From assembly GCA_965235115.1 (NCBI GenBank), contig OZ249436.1:37078001-37142000 (forward strand): 64,000 bases of DNA, written 5' to 3'. Of this stretch, positions 1-14,185 are shown in pieces (positions within the stretch are counted from its first letter, which is position 1; each line of letters begins with the position of its first letter). The notes under the pieces were generated by a model. The model ran no database searches. It had not been told where the DNA came from and saw only the letters and a program-made list of their open reading frames with translations. The position numbers and the translations under genes were made by a program. Origin of the DNA: Laetmonice hystrix. Lineage: Eukaryota.

Positions 1-128
1 ACACTCGTCTTTTTGACTAACGTTGTTAGACAAATCTGACTAGGGTTAGTCTTTGATGAAATGTCTAACCCGATCTTAGCGAAAATTGACTAAGTTAGTC
101 AAATGACTAAGGGTTGAGATTTTCAGTG
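1..128. mobile_element. Right end of a CACTA/EnSpm-like non-autonomous element, truncated by the window start
   Basis: Ends in ...GAGATTTTCAGTG followed by TA (reverse complement CACTGAAAATCTC). Short subterminal GACTAA/TTAGTC repeats occur in both orientations. A similar terminus is at 63190-63204. Confidence 0.55.
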
Positions 129-132
129 TAGC

Positions 133-276
133 AGCGATCGTCTTATGGCTGGCTGTTGGCATGGCATTGACTTGAAGAGCCAATGGAATTCACCGGGCGA
201 TAAACCGATGAATTTCATTGGCTGTTCAAGTCTACAGCCCGCATTTTTGAGGCATTGAAAATAAGAGACAGTCGCT
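133..276. repeat. Small foldback (palindromic) element
   Basis: Inner arms GACTTGAAGAGCCAATGGAATTCA (169-192) and TGAATTTCATTGGCTGTTCAAGTC (209-232). Weaker outer arms AGCGATCGTCTTA and TAAGAGACAGTCGCT. Confidence 0.55.
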
Positions 277-3174
277 ATTTGCTTTAAGCCTTAGCGATGT
301 ATCATTATATATTGAACTAATTATGCATCTGACATTCACGTACAATCAAGAGATGCTGATGATATCATAACCACAACAATGACCATTTCTGTAATAAAAA
401 ATAGTATTATAATATAACCATAGTATGTAATATTCCTTTTATCGCTGCTAGGTTAAATAATTAATGTATTCCAATAATAATTCCACTTCGGCGCTATAAT
501 TATGTGGTATGGAGTATGGATGGCATGCCATTAGAAGCAAAGTCCATTAACGAAAAAACTATTGAGTTGCTGTTTCTATTATCACACAATTTACATTAAT
601 CCTTAAGGTGAATGTTGATGTAACCAAAACGTTCCGACAGTCAAATGTAATGCCATTAAAAGGCGAAAAATGGGGCGAGGGTTGGTCTGTTCAAAGTTCG
701 GATTGCAAAATTATGTGCGCAATCATGTATGGCACATATCGATTTGCATCCTTCCTAAAGCCTTTATCTCACTGCCCCCCAAGTGCTCGGCAAAGGGGTC
801 TTTGGTATGTTCAGCAGTGTCTGCGCGACTGGGCATAGAAATTTACCCTGCTTTATTTCGAAAAAAAAGAGTAGGGGGTTTTGGTTTCATATCGCCCAGA
901 ATATGGCTGAAATACTGCCGAGAGGGAGTAAAATCCCCCGGCTCACAATTCATTCACTCACACACCTTGCTCTGGTAATGTGAGTTTTTGATAAATAATC
1001 TGACACATATCTTTTCAGACCCCCCCACCTCTTCCCCCGACTAATGCTGGCTGCACCCCTGCACTTCTACATAATGGGAACATGTTAGAGTCATTCCTCA
1101 ATTACCTATTCCTCTCAAAATGCTGCGTGTATTGTCAGATAAGTGGTTTGTTTTCATGACACACTTATTAATAGAATGTATGTCAATGGTCCTGTATCAT
1201 GGATGCGTCACCTTCAAGTATACAATAACAGACTAGAGCATCGGTTAAGTCTGATACAGTTGGCATTTATACAGTGTCACACTATAAAATAACATGGTCG
1301 ACTTCTATCATAAGATTCTTCGCTACAAATGGAAGGAATTAATATGATCGTATGGTCATTGTATAGGCTACAACATTTCAAGTTTATTATGCAGGGTCAA
1401 TATAAAACCTTATGCCAAGCATGTGGGTTTTAGGGGCATGTGCATAAGTGCATACATGTGGCCATTAAAGAAAATATTTTTCGAATTTTGACGTTAAATA
1501 TTTCGAAAACATCAATTTTTGGGACACAATTTTAATTTGGTCCAAGTGTGTGAAAGACTTAACGTCACAACTCAACAGATCATTTTCTGTCCGCCGAATA
1601 TATGTATAAGCTCTGCCGCTCATCATGACTGTATACATTTACACGCGTCGGTCACATGTAACTGTGACGGATATAATATTTTTAATGTTTTCCTTCCTAT
1701 TATGATAATGCAAATTGTTCGACTCAACCATCGTGTCCCCTCCCGAGCTTCAACTTGTTTGGTACGGCGTGAATCTAAGATTAGCTATTCCTCCTTTGTT
1801 CAGTGAGCGCTCGAGTGATTCAGTTTCGTCACTTACTAATTTGCCAGAAACTGTATCTATTTTGACGTAATGACCTTTCCGACACCTCCAAGGAGGTGTT
1901 AATAATGTATGGAGAACAGTGCGCTCCACTCCACATTCCTAAATAGAAACGTTGGCCTTCAACTCCGGGTTTCCCAGGGATGTGGGCAGGTGGTGCAAGT
2001 TGCAGTGACTGTGCGATAGGGAGACTGACACCATTAGACCACATGAGCTCCTCGCGGCTCCTGTAAGGATTCTCTCTAATTAAATCACAGACTGATCTCC
2101 TGAGCGCAGATACCCTTTATTTGGATACAGTAAAACCTGATAAATACCCCGAATTGAGGGTGGTCTTTAAGTAGTGCTCTCAACTAAGTAGAGCGCTAAT
2201 GCACTCATCGGAAATCTCAAGGGAAAAGTTGACTGACTCAAATTACGCAGAACCGAGCGGTTAGCTGGTCTTGCCAAAAGGTCACAATGACCCTATAAAT
2301 ATTTCACATTTGAATGGCCTATGTATGACGTTTCTGATCACAGCAATTATTGTCTTACGTGCGTCATGTACGGAAAAATCTATCCATATCTTACTAATAG
2401 AGTTAGTCGTGTAGTTATAAATATCGTCGAGTGATATTCCTTCGGTGACATTCCAAGTAGGTAGGTAGTTTATTTCTAAACAGTGCCAAGCAGTCTGGTG
2501 CCCAAACAATGGGGTTGGGTATGAAAATGTTGTAAAGCACCATGTTAAAGTCTGCCCTATTCCCCTAAGCCCCCATTGTATCACTGAAGATTTAGGCCTA
2601 TAGGTCCAATGCCGTCACCCGAAGGCCTATAGCCGACGTCCTGTTCTTTTTACCCCCTGACCATGTCCTGACTTACCACTAGTCTTGCCATGTAACAACT
2701 CATCTGATTGGGCAGTAGGTCTATATCGTCGATTTATATACAAGGCATCGATTGGTGATTTTGAAGGACGAAGGACCTGAACTTGGCACTTTAGTCTTCA
2801 AAACTCGAATTGACCTTTGAAGAATGAAGTCGCGCGGTGGACTTCACTCTCCAAAATTCATATCTGAAGTTTGAGGTAAGAATGCACCTTCTGGGCTTTC
2901 GTACTACGCATTGTGTAACCCCCCCCCCCCCCCCGCTAATGAGGGAGGGGGTAGGGTAGCCGAGGGTTTCGAGTCTCTGACTAAGGATGTGGTGTACCGT
3001 AGTGCCTCTCACCGCCGGTTGAGCCCCCCCCCCCACCCCCACCCCGGCTGGTGCCCATGACTTGTTTTCAAAAGTCGGGTATGTAACACCGTGGTTATGC
3101 AGTGTTGCACGTGCAATTTAGCCATTGTCACCTATAATCACTTAGGCTATCACTTATATCATTTCATCCCTTAA

Positions 3175-3566
3175 AGGGAGTCGTAAAATTCATTTTTTTC
3201 GATTTATGGCAGTCTTAGAAACATATGATTCGCATACCTTAGACTCCCAGTAACATCATGTTAGACTGTTATGGCCCAGCCATGCGGTATTTAGGTCAAC
3301 ACTAGACTAGAGGGAGATTCCCTTCCACACCCGGAAGTCACGTGATCACGCGTCATCATCGCCCGACCGCGGCCAACTCAAATATCCTGTGGGCCGCTCG
3401 CTAATTCTGAGCTACGTATTTGCGAGAGATTTGGCATATTTTCCTTACTAAATACTGGTCGCTGGGCCATAACAGTCTCACATGATGTTACTGGGAGTCC
3501 AAGGTATGCGAATCATATGTTTCTAAGACTGCCATAAATCGAAAAAAATGAATTTTACGACTCCCT
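3175..3566. mobile_element. Young MITE with TTAA target duplication (Kolobok-like)
   Basis: TTAA|AGGGAGTCGTAAAATTC...GAATTTTACGACTCCCT|TTAA, with near-perfect ~106-bp terminal inverted repeats. Confidence 0.92.
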
Positions 3567-5599
3567 TTAATCATCGCCACCATCATCACTGGAGAGAAAG
3601 AAAACATCGGCAGTCCCATCATTTGAATTCGGAATCGAAAAAAAAACAGCCTCTCAGATTATGGTGGGTGACAGTGTTTCGCCAGACAGAGGGTTGAGCT
3701 AATATCTATAGGCATATAAGCAGGACCATTTTCGTCATTGACAATATGCATAGGTATAAATTGCATAATATGCAAGACGCTAAATATTCATAAATAATAA
3801 TGAACAATACATTGAGTGGAAATACTTTGACAAGCAGGAGATGTATCGTCCTTCTTTGATCTTTTATTCCTCTTGTAAACAAAGATATATCATATATTTT
3901 AAGGATGCGGGCATGGCATGTTCATCAGTGCTCAAATAATTTCTCAATATTCTAAGATCATCCATAAATTAAAGGCAGCTACATAGCTCGCACAAACTTG
4001 TCAAATATATAAAAAATTAGAATACCCGACGGACCTGATAGCTCTGTGGTTTGTACAGAATGAGACGTCAAATTCAATCGATAGCGCGCGATTATTAGAG
4101 CTATTCATCTCTCCAGCTGAGAGGTAATCTAGTGTGATATGTGTCTAGATTATATACCCGAGCGGAAACGTCGCTGTTTTCTACGAGACGGAGCGAGCGC
4201 CGACTGTTTGCTGATGTTTGTGAGCTCACACTCACACAGTATCGACTCCACGTATCTAGGCCCTCAACAAACACACACCCTTGTCCTTGTTACTTTGCCA
4301 CGTGGCGCCTATACCTCCGAATGGCGCCTCTCGCTCGGTCTGAGCTGTTTGGTGCCCGAGGGTACGTCCTTACACCAAGGACATCAACGCGACACCCTCA
4401 ATGATTATAGGCAAACCGCTGCAGACACATCCGTCAACAAGTCTGAAGGCACCCGGCAATGCTAATCCGGAAAACGTACTGTTTCGCGCACATATAAAGG
4501 TTCGGAGAGAAAATATTATTTTGGAAGAGAAATAGGTCTATAGGGCTATGTACCGCTATAAGAGCAGTTTCGTTTGTAAGTTTCCGTCTCTATCGACTAT
4601 AGACAAAAGTCGCGTTTCCACTGCGCGGTTTATAACACAACACAGATAACACAACACAGATAAAAAAAAGTGTTTAAATAAATGCACCAATCCTTTATCT
4701 AATAGTTATGTCGGGAAATCCATATTATCTTTGTTTATATTGATATAGTAAAAAGTATCATTGATAAAATCCCTTTGAGTGTGTATTTCCCGGAAGCCGG
4801 GAAGAAAAGACCATTGCTCAATAAGGCTCAGTATGGGGGATAGGTACAGCTCAGCTGCGAAAGGTTTAAGCAAACAAAGCGAACGACTGAAACCTGTCTG
4901 CTGGTCACTATAATGTGTTGTTTCTCAGGAGTGTGCATGGATGCCAATTAACGTTTTATGTCACTTTCAATGCAGAAGTATTTTGTAGTACATGTAGATC
5001 TATATATATGCAACCCCTCGATATGCTGCCCTCTATCGCCATCTTTCCGCTGTACCTGATTTTATTCCGATATAATGACCGTCATAGATCTATATAACCC
5101 ATAACGGACACAAAGGTTACCGCAGGCGAAACAAGGGTATTATATCGGTCAGCCGAGTTCAAGGCAGGCGATGGGATTACAGCTCTGCTGCATTTGACCG
5201 TCGAACGGTGGCATTTTGACGAGCTCTCGGCAGAGATTGTACATAGGAATCTTGTTACGTAGGAGAAGTAACCGTATATAGTTGCTTTCAGAACGTTGTC
5301 GTATCAAGTGCCCTGAGTGCATGGAACTTTGTAACATGGAACTTTCAATGATTAATGTTTTGGAAGCATATACTATATGATGCAAGGATATTGTATACAC
5401 TCAATAAGATAGAAACAAAAAACGATGACTTTATCCCTGAGATTACATTCAGGAAAAGTAGTACCGGGAACTCCTTGGCAACATAATGGCAAATAATGAT
5501 GTACACAACGTACACATGTACTTATATCCCGGTATAGTGGTTACAGAAATAATGGTAATCTGAATGTGAAAAAAGGGACAAAAACATAACAATATTAAA

Positions 5600-5706
5600 T
5601 GTAACGGGACGGAGGGTCCTCACGGCACGAAAATATGGAACGACATGCCTGGTGCATGAATACGCCACGACACCAAAGATGGAGTGCCATAATCATGCGC
5701 CAGGCA
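5600..5706. repeat. Dispersed palindromic repeat family, copy 1
   Basis: Hairpin TGCCTGGTGCATGA...TCATGCGCCAGGCA. Homologous to 47455-47560 (opposite orientation) and 49240-49350. Confidence 0.65.
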
Positions 5707-6471
5707 AGGAGCCGAATCCCTTTAAGTGTTTATTATATGTGCTTGGATTAATTATAGTTTAAGGAAAACAAACAACATTACTCCAAAAACAATACTTTTT
5801 AAAGAGTTCCAGCAAGAATAGTAAGTGTCCATCTACTGGCCTAATGTATAGGCCTAATATATATTCTTGTGCTTCCACAGGGCCCCATAGCGTCGCATCA
5901 CCCCGAAACGTGTACTTAAATCAGTCTGTATGTCTTCCCCCCGAATGGCACTGGCAGAATGAATGATTATAGAATGCGCATACAATAAACTGCTTGTATT
6001 TCGCTTCGTAACTAGTGTGTCATCAATAGTAGATCTATAAGGAAGCATAGCCTATAGGTGGCGAACCTTCGAACGCTATACTAGGCGGAAGAGGATGTGC
6101 TCATGACCAAATCCAAAGTTATGTAGGCCTACGGCTGTCTGCTTACAATAGAATGTCTGTCAGTCTTATCTAGAGAGCTTTTACTGACTCCCACGCAAGG
6201 TAAATTTAATGGATAAAATCTGACCGTATGGTCTATCGTTGCAAACTAAGGACATCTCTACCAACAACATCGCAGCCATTGTTGAAATCCTAGAGCTGTC
6301 GCGCATGCGCTCATTAGATTATAGTATTATGACAGTAATGGAGACAGGTACAGACACTGAAAATTTCATTATAACGTTGACTCAGATGGCTGTAAAACAG
6401 GCACGCTACAGAAGATAAAATCACCGAGACACATAGTTCATTTATTTTTTGTCAGGCAAATTTTGGAACGA

Positions 6472-6648
6472 CATGACAAAGCCTTTGATGACCCAGTTGC
6501 GGAGCAAATAAATAGGGTTAGTGAGAAAGAAATGGTACTGTGGAAGGATGGAAATCCATCCGACACTCAACCACTTCCCCACACCAGCCCTCGCCCCATT
6601 TATCGCCTTTGAACTGAAGATCATTCTTACCCCTGATCCCCAAGGGGG
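6472..6648 (-). mobile_element. SINE-like retroposon family A, 5' part
   Basis: Reverse complement starts CCCCCTTGGGGATCAGGGGTAAGAATGATCTTCAG and is collinear with 55770-56193. Confidence 0.75.
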
Positions 6649-7221
6649 TGGCGAGGATCAGGATTCAAAGATTTAAGTGACCCGTTGACCCCAGGGGGTC
6701 GACTTTCGACTCTTGAAACACCACGCTCACCAGTCTAAATGCCACGTATACGCGGCGAAAACAACTTTTACTGCTAAAGACGTGACGAATTCTATTTAAT
6801 TAGATCTACGGGTATATGAAATTGATTCAAAGGACTGACTGAGAAAGAAAAAAAACGCCCAACAGTTTTCACTGACCATTTGAACGTGAAGCACAGAGGG
6901 ACCTCATCGTCAGTCAGCTCGTTGCAATATTGATCGACTGCACTAACAGTATCGCCGGCTCTTTTGACAATTATGTAAGTTCCGCATTTAATTGTTCGCG
7001 CCAGTGGTTCTGTCTCCCTGCTGCTTGATTTTCACAGTGCGTAGATAAAAGCTGGCTCAGTCCAGCTCAGTATTTTTTGCACTTTGAAAATCTGAGAGTA
7101 ATTTTTATCACTAAAGTGAATTGTGTGCTGTAGGCTACCTGGCCCAATGGAATCGATAGAGATGTCATGTGTCTCCTGGCAGGTCTATGCAGTCGGACCA
7201 GGCCCAGAAATCATTAGTACA

Positions 7222-7414
7222 CAGGGCCTGATCCACTAAGGCGATTTTCCTTGCGACGTCCTTGCGATTTTGACATCGCCCTTTTATTTTACTGTGAGTT
7301 CGAGATTAAAGGATGTAACCCATTTCCTTAAACAGGGAAGGCCAGCCAGGAAAGATTTCAGAGTACATCGTAGGGCCGTCGCAAGGGAAATCGCCTTAAT
7401 GGATGATAACCTGT
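7222..7414. mobile_element. Degenerate MITE
   Basis: Inverted arms ATCCACTAAGGCGATTTTCCTTGCGACG and CGTCGCAAGGGAAATCGCCTTAATGGAT. Confidence 0.55.
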
Positions 7415-7906
7415 AGCTGAGAAGCTGCATGGGCTTTCAGTACCTATGCCGAATACCTTCTTTGCAAGAAACATCATTACGTGACATTAGGATAGCTTCC
7501 TCTTCTCCTGCGAAATAGAGAGCGTCCTATTTTTGTGGTTGTTGAAGTCACGTCACGAATGGAGGGATACCCCTCAAATAATCCCAATGTATGAGTCACG
7601 ATAGCTAGAGTAAGAAAGTAAGACATCCATCTACATTCACGGCCAAAACTAAAATTCTATACATTAAAGCGAGGGCAAAGATATATCCACAGGTGTGTCT
7701 GAAATCCAATAAAAAAATCAACGCCCAACTTGATGCCCTAATGATAGTAGACCCGAAGATAGGGCCTACATATAGTTTGTCTCGGCCGGGTGCCCCCTTC
7801 CCGAATCCGCCACTGGTAACTGTATATTATATTGACATCTCGATCTGACATGCCAAGTTGGCGAGTGGGTAACGGCGGCTTGGTTGCCTTCATGTAAAAT
7901 ACTTAA

Positions 7907-8710
7907 AGGGATTAGAAAAGTTCAAACTATCAATATAAGGGTGTTCAGCATGGACAAGCTTGTTCCTACCTACAATCCTGTTATGGTCTGATCTTTAAAA
8001 AAGGAATAATCAACTGAAATGTAGCTAGACATTCTTCCCCTGGCTTCGTCTGCTTGTCTGCCCTACTTGTCCACGAATTGTTATGTGGCCGCCAGGAGGA
8101 ATGAACCACGCAGATTCCCGGCCAGAGTGCTGCTATTCACGTCCCGCTGCGATTCCACTTTTACCAGAAACATGCCCATGACGTCACCGCTAAAACAATT
8201 CGAAGCAAGATGGCGACAGATTCATCGACGATTTCAGAGAGGGTTACAAACGATAGCCGCACACAAACTCTGTATTTGTTAACATATACCCCAATAAGGG
8301 TGTGAAGAGAGAGAAAAACGGTGTCTTCGTGTTTTAGCAGACTTGAAAAACTTCTCGTGAAACTAAAACCAAGATTAGCTGGTGTTGGGACGCCGCGTCA
8401 TAGCTACCCCTGACTCGTGTGAAAATAGCGCATGACCCGAACGGTATTTTTAAAAGTCGCCTTAGACAGTGTTCCACTTATCGGTGCGACCTTAAGCAGC
8501 CCATCCACGTACAATATTATTGAGTCAAAAATATTGAAACAATACTTGAAACAATGGTGCAGTGCTTCAATATGACAAATAGACGGTCAATAATATTGCG
8601 CAAACCTGAATATTGTACAATAATATTTTACGTGGATGGGCCGCTTTAGACACTTCACATGGTGTTACTGGTGTTCAAAGGTACGTTAGTGAGGAACTTT
8701 TCTAATCCCT
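7907..8710. mobile_element. TTAA-flanked non-autonomous DNA transposon (Kolobok-like)
   Basis: TTAA|AGGGATTAGAAAAGTTC...GAACTTTTCTAATCCCT|TTAA, a 17-bp perfect TIR. Confidence 0.85.
8495..8645. mobile_element. PIF/Harbinger-like MITE nested in the 7907-8710 element
   Basis: TTA|AGCAGCCCATCCACGTA...TACGTGGATGGGCCGCT|TTA, a 3-bp TTA duplication. Confidence 0.8.
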
Positions 8711-9459
8711 TTAATACTTAATATTATGGAATACTCAATTTTTGGACCACTTTTTTCCTATCTCTGTTCCACCCTTCTCCCTCCATGTTCGCCGCCTTTA
8801 GTTTCCTAAATCTAAGTAACTTAACTACTACAGCGCTTGTTCTCCTCATCTAAATGGGCTGGCGATGTTTAAACCTGATGCTCTGCTCAGGACTGCCTCT
8901 TACATTTCGCTACATCCCTACATTCGCAGAATCCCAAGTCGTGTTCAGCTTAAACCAATCCGCACACAGACCAACACTACTAGAAGAAGGATAAAAAGGG
9001 AAGAGGTGGGAAGACATTGCCGGAAGATTAGGAGGACTTGTACGCTGGGCGGTTACATAGTCAATCGCTTGCTTACCCTCTTCTGCTCCTTCCATTATGG
9101 CTTCACTAGATCGAGTGGACCCTTGTCGCCTTCAATGATGGAACAAGCTATCGACAGACACTCGGTGTGGACAGCGACTTGAGAACCTCTATGCTCTCTA
9201 TTTCCCCCATGTCAAGTCACCCAAGGGAATTTAAAAATTGTCACAACTAATGAAACACCTTTGCTGATTCCCTCCAGATTTAAGATTTGGTGACTGTTTT
9301 CTTTTAATTTGAGGATGGGGTATGTTAGTTAATTTTGTGCCGGGGCCACTAAAAGAAATGAACGTCAACTGCAAAAAATATCTGTAATTAGAAAAAGAAA
9401 AATAATAGAAATTATAGGCATATTTGTACTTCACGCCAACTTTACCCCTTGTTTTCTGA

Positions 9460-9762
9460 TTGTGTGTTTATCACAGCCGAATGCTGCACACCGCGGCATA
9501 TTGCGTAACATTACGTGTTACTCTGCTCACAGACCTTATCTACACGATGTTTGGAGTCCCAGTTTTGTAAACGTTTGTAAACGTCCGAGGTGATGAACAC
9601 ACCAGTAGGTCAAGGTCAGAACCAGCGGCGTCACACGTCGGGCGGTTACACGTTAATTACTTCATTCAGACAACGTAATTGTGGCATTTATTGCCCTGAG
9701 GTGAATGCTGGTGTTCCATTTGGTCTACGAAACCATATTTGCCGTGTGGGTTTTCCCTCCCT
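9460..9762 (-). mobile_element. TTAA-type MITE, inverted paralogue of 15053-15351
   Basis: About 280 bp of high-identity reverse-complement match to 15060-15310. Ends TTTTCCCTCCCT|TTAA; the other terminus is not visible. Confidence 0.75.
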
Positions 9763-12700
9763 TTAACTCTGCACCAACCTGGGACTATAACTACCACGCC
9801 ACAACGTGTACGGTCGAGTCTATTTGTACTGATATATGTTGCCGTGTTTAAAAAACAACGTGCAACGCCTCTGGTCATTTGGTGTTAGTGTTCATCCGGG
9901 TGGATGTTATAGAACTCTTTTATGGTTCATGTCCTCGAGTTTGATGCTATGGCTTGTCACATCGCGGGTCGTCCACTTCAGTCCGTCCGAGCCTTATGGG
10001 CCGTTAGCAACGAGCATTTGCAAGTCGGAACACTCCTAAGTGACTGTTGAGCAGGAGATTTTGGCCACATTTTCCTATCACCACCATGTTGTTACATGTT
10101 CCCCAGGGTGCCTCCATCACCTTTTTTGGATCCCTTTCATGTTCTTTAGTACCGGATGAGAGCAACTTCTAAAAAAGTAATACGATTAAGGTGCACGTCA
10201 TCCAGATTTGCCGCCTTTTGTGTGGTCTGTTTATTGTCAATTAGTGAAACATTTTACAGAAATCCGGATCTGGCTGGCCAGCCGAGGACATTTTGTGCAT
10301 ATTTAATGACACACAAAACCTATTTGACTCTGACGAAAATGTCGTCTGCTGCTAATAGATTATACTCGTTTCCAAGCTACAAACACATTTTACGTCTCGC
10401 AAATAGTTATTGGCGAGCTCAGTCACCATATTTGTATCGTAAATAGTCCGATTATTTCTAACTGCGGGGCTAGTGGAACGCCTCCATTTCGGGTATAACG
10501 CTCTACCCCCAACTGATCTTCGTCATAAATCCGATAAAGGATCTCTCTTTGACCAGCACTCTCGTTTGATGGGAATAGTTAGGATATATTGCGAAGTGCA
10601 ATGGGGGTTCCGTCCAGGAAAGGTGCCATTTATATGCGAACACAGAGATGGGTATCACAGCAGGTGGTGTGAGACTTAACAAGATAAATGTTCCACCGGC
10701 ATACATTCTGTACATCATAGTGGTTTCTTATGCCAAGGCAGACCCTCGCATGATGAGCCTCAATGGGAAAAGTGCGCGCTTTAACTATACGTAAACTAGA
10801 GTGATTATTAACTCATCTACAATATCGCCCTTCTGGAGGGAACCAATCGAGGGTGGGGGAAGATGTGAATTCGTCTTGATAATCTATAAATGGACGGAAC
10901 TTTACAACTTGAGGCGTTATCATGATGATAGACGTTTTGCCTTTATGAATCCTGTGGAGGAGCACCTTGCGTGTGGAAAATCTTCGGCGTCCTCCGGCCC
11001 ACTCGGCTATGTTTAATGGTTAAGGCGCAAACACTTTCAGGGTACACAGAGAAAAATGCACGCAAGAGTCGTCAATCTTTCTTGTGGAGAGTGTTCTTTT
11101 TAGTTAGTCACGCAAGAACAGGTCGCGACGCTGGCTAGACATTAAATCATTCCTAGACCGAGCAGAGAGAAGTAGGACGCTTTTACTCTTTACGTACATG
11201 AACGGATCTGACGTAATAAAGGAATGACGGCGACGTTTCGACGCGGATTTGACGGATCAGTGTCGTCGAACGACGTTTGAGGCCATGGAGAGAGTTAGTC
11301 GTGTGTGGCAATATGACTCAATAATAAGCTGGCAGTGCGAGGCCCCGTGATGAGCCGATCACAGCTTGAAAAATACCTTTATTATTCCAACGAGGCAAAG
11401 GGATGCTCTGCCATCGAGGCCTAGAACAGTGTGGGCCCGCTGTCTCCATGATATTGTTTCACGTTGTGAATCCATCATGTTTCGCGAAGTGAATGTCGTG
11501 AATATATCCTGATATGGGCAGCAACGACGCTCAGTGGAATGGCGTGTTTCTGTTAAGGTATACGTGACGCCCTGGAGGGACAGATAAGTCACGGCTTTCA
11601 AACCAGACTGGGCAGGAGGACACATCCAGGCGTGCCCGCCGCGTTGCCTCCATCGTCAGGGCATGGAGGACCTTCGCTGACGTCGGCTCCGATGTAAGTG
11701 AGTTATCCATCGTCATTCAGTCCACTTCGACATGCCACACCCCCTAGGCAGCCAAACCGCTCCCGGCAGCAGGTAGCTAGGATGCCCGGCCCAGACTGGC
11801 GTGTCATTAGGTCTGATCTCAGCGCCAACCCCACGGCCTCGTGATGGACAGCAAACGTCAGCAGTTTGCAGACGACACATCACTCTTCAGTTTCTATCGT
11901 CTGCGGAGTCCTTCCGGTTAGTTTCCTCGGATAAATGCCTGGCATCCGTGCTCCGACTTGCGATTGTTTTCCCAACGAATGTGTTTGTCGCAAAAACCAA
12001 TGCTTAAACAGCAAATTACCTTTACTTCTAGACTTAAGTGAACTAATTTACTGTAAAAAGTCACACTGTAACAAAAAGCGATTTGATTATCACGACGCCG
12101 TGACTAAAGACCCTGCCGAAGCGTGACTATAATAGGTGGTCCCGTTATTGTTTGTTGGCATTCATATTACAACGAATAATACTGCGATCATAACCGTACA
12201 CTAGACATCTATAGAATTAAACGTTTCTAATTACCAAAGAATGGCAATACATGCACTAGAATTGTTTCAGCACAATGTGTTTGAAAATTCGTGCTTTGTA
12301 TCTTTCTAGTGGCGTCAAACTACGCTGGGTATGTTTATAGTGGAGTTCTTCACTAGTTACAGTACATATATAAGATTTCAAGCGAGTAAATAATGCATTA
12401 GGTGTATGTCCCCAAAGACAGTGATGCATTAAAATACGAAAAATGGCTAGATATCCTAAAAGGGGCGCCTATAGCTTCCGCACAATTATAACCTATTGCA
12501 CACTTTAGTGTATGTTTTTGACAGGAGTAAACGCATGTTCTCTAGGGAGTTTAATAAAACAAACTCTTTAAGTTAGTGCACTACATTAGCACCGCATTAT
12601 TTATGAGCCAGGTGTATTTGTGTCATCTGTAGCCATTATCTTTTGATTGAGATATTAGTGTCTCTTGGTTTTGGCAATTAAATGCACCCTGTCACCAAAA

Positions 12701-12920
12701 AAACCCACCAATTTCACTCAATATAACCCATTTTCAGATATTATCATGAGAAATGGTTATGGGCATCTCTAAAATCTCGTCGTTTAAAAATACCTTAGCA
12801 CACAACTCTTTTCTAAAATACGACCTAAGAACAAAATAGGATCAATAATATTTACGTATCACATTAATTATAAATTTATTTATAAGCATCTTTTTATGGT
12901 GACTTCCCCATAAAATCTTT

Positions 12921-13028
12921 GGTTCGGGGTTCAGGTTAAGGTCAGGGATAGGAATAGGTATATAGGATAGGGATATGTTCTTGGGAGGTGTCGGGATTAG
13001 GGGTTAGGGGTTAGGGATAAGGTCAGGG
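12921..13028. repeat. Degenerate GGTTAG/GGGATA-like low-complexity tract
   Basis: Repeated GGTTAGG/GGTCAGG/GGATAGG units; not a clean telomeric array. Confidence 0.5.
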
Positions 13029-13667
13029 CTATGGATCTTTACTTTCGACCAAATTTCATGGGTTTGAAGTTATCACGGGCGATGTACCCAAATCCTGCAA
13101 TGCTCAGTTTCCCAACGGCTACGTATAATTCTTATATGGACAAATACCAAATTATATAAATGTTAATTACAACATCATTATCTTTGCATCGATGATTTAT
13201 TCAAAGGCAAGGAACACACATTATTCAAAGCTATATTAATAAGCCTGCGTTAAGATGAAACCACCATGGCTTTGTTGAGCACGTCTCACTTCTGTAAAAG
13301 TCGTCGATAATATTCATGCACATTAAGGCAATAGTAACACTCAGACTCGAACGCATAATAAGACTTGTTCCTCTCTTTAGTATTTATTTCGTGATATATG
13401 TAAGGCTGTTTGAATAATCTGCCCCCATGGTATTCCATGAGGACGTCTTGCGAGTGGCCTGTAACACATGACCTGGCATAGGTCGAAGGCATGCCCACCA
13501 GCGGGGAATTGATCAATCGATCAACCGGAGCAGTCATATAAATGCAACGGTTCACCTCGGATTAACCATGAAGTTAAGGTCATCTTCACGGCGTAAACAG
13601 AGGTAGAAGGGGCCTAGTTTATCCCGGTGTAACGTTTTGTTCTGCCCGACTCCACCCCCACACCACC

Positions 13668-13860
13668 CCCGGAATTCTAAACGTTTTCGAATTCCCTACT
13701 GGGAATTAACTTTCCTTCGCCCAGGAACTTGAAAACGTTTTGATGTTGCCTCCCCGGGAAATTGAAAACGTTTTGATGTTCGCTCCCCGGGAATTTGAAA
13801 AAGTGTTGGTGTTCCCTTGGAAGATTCAGATTTTCCTCCCAGTGAATTGAAAACGTTTTG
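13668..13860. repeat. Degenerate ~32-bp minisatellite
   Basis: Repeated TTGAAAACGTTTTGATGTT..CTCCCCGGGAA units. Confidence 0.6.
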
Positions 13861-13981
13861 CAAACTTTCAAACCACGAACTTTAATCAATTATATAACGC
13901 GGTAGATAAAACGCGGACAGTTTCTACGTATCCCATAATGAGGCGACACGAAGGTTTTGAAATCGGCCGTGTTTCTAAAAG

Positions 13982-14185
13982 AGGCCACCAGTAGAATACG
14001 GGGGGGGGGGGGGGTCAAATAAATATTTTGGGAAGAATTATAGGTGAAATAAATTCACGGAGGAGGTTGAAATAACTGTAACACTTCGCAGGAAAATCAG
14101 CCTATATAATTGAGGTGAAAAAAACAGTGAAATTTGTGAAATAAAGGAAAATTCAGCCCCCCCCCCAAATATCTAATGGTGGCCC
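13982..14185. mobile_element. MITE with poly-G/poly-C subtermini
   Basis: GGCCACCAGTAGAATAC(G)n ... (C)nAAATATCTAATGGTGGCC, imperfect inverted ends. Confidence 0.55.

Noticed and set aside
11850..11920. QFADDTSL reverse-transcriptase-like motif
   Set aside because: An isolated short match. No adjacent GVPQG/LF motifs are in frame and a stop follows soon after.
12921..13028. Interstitial telomere
   Set aside because: The units are heterogeneous and not a (TTAGGG)n array.
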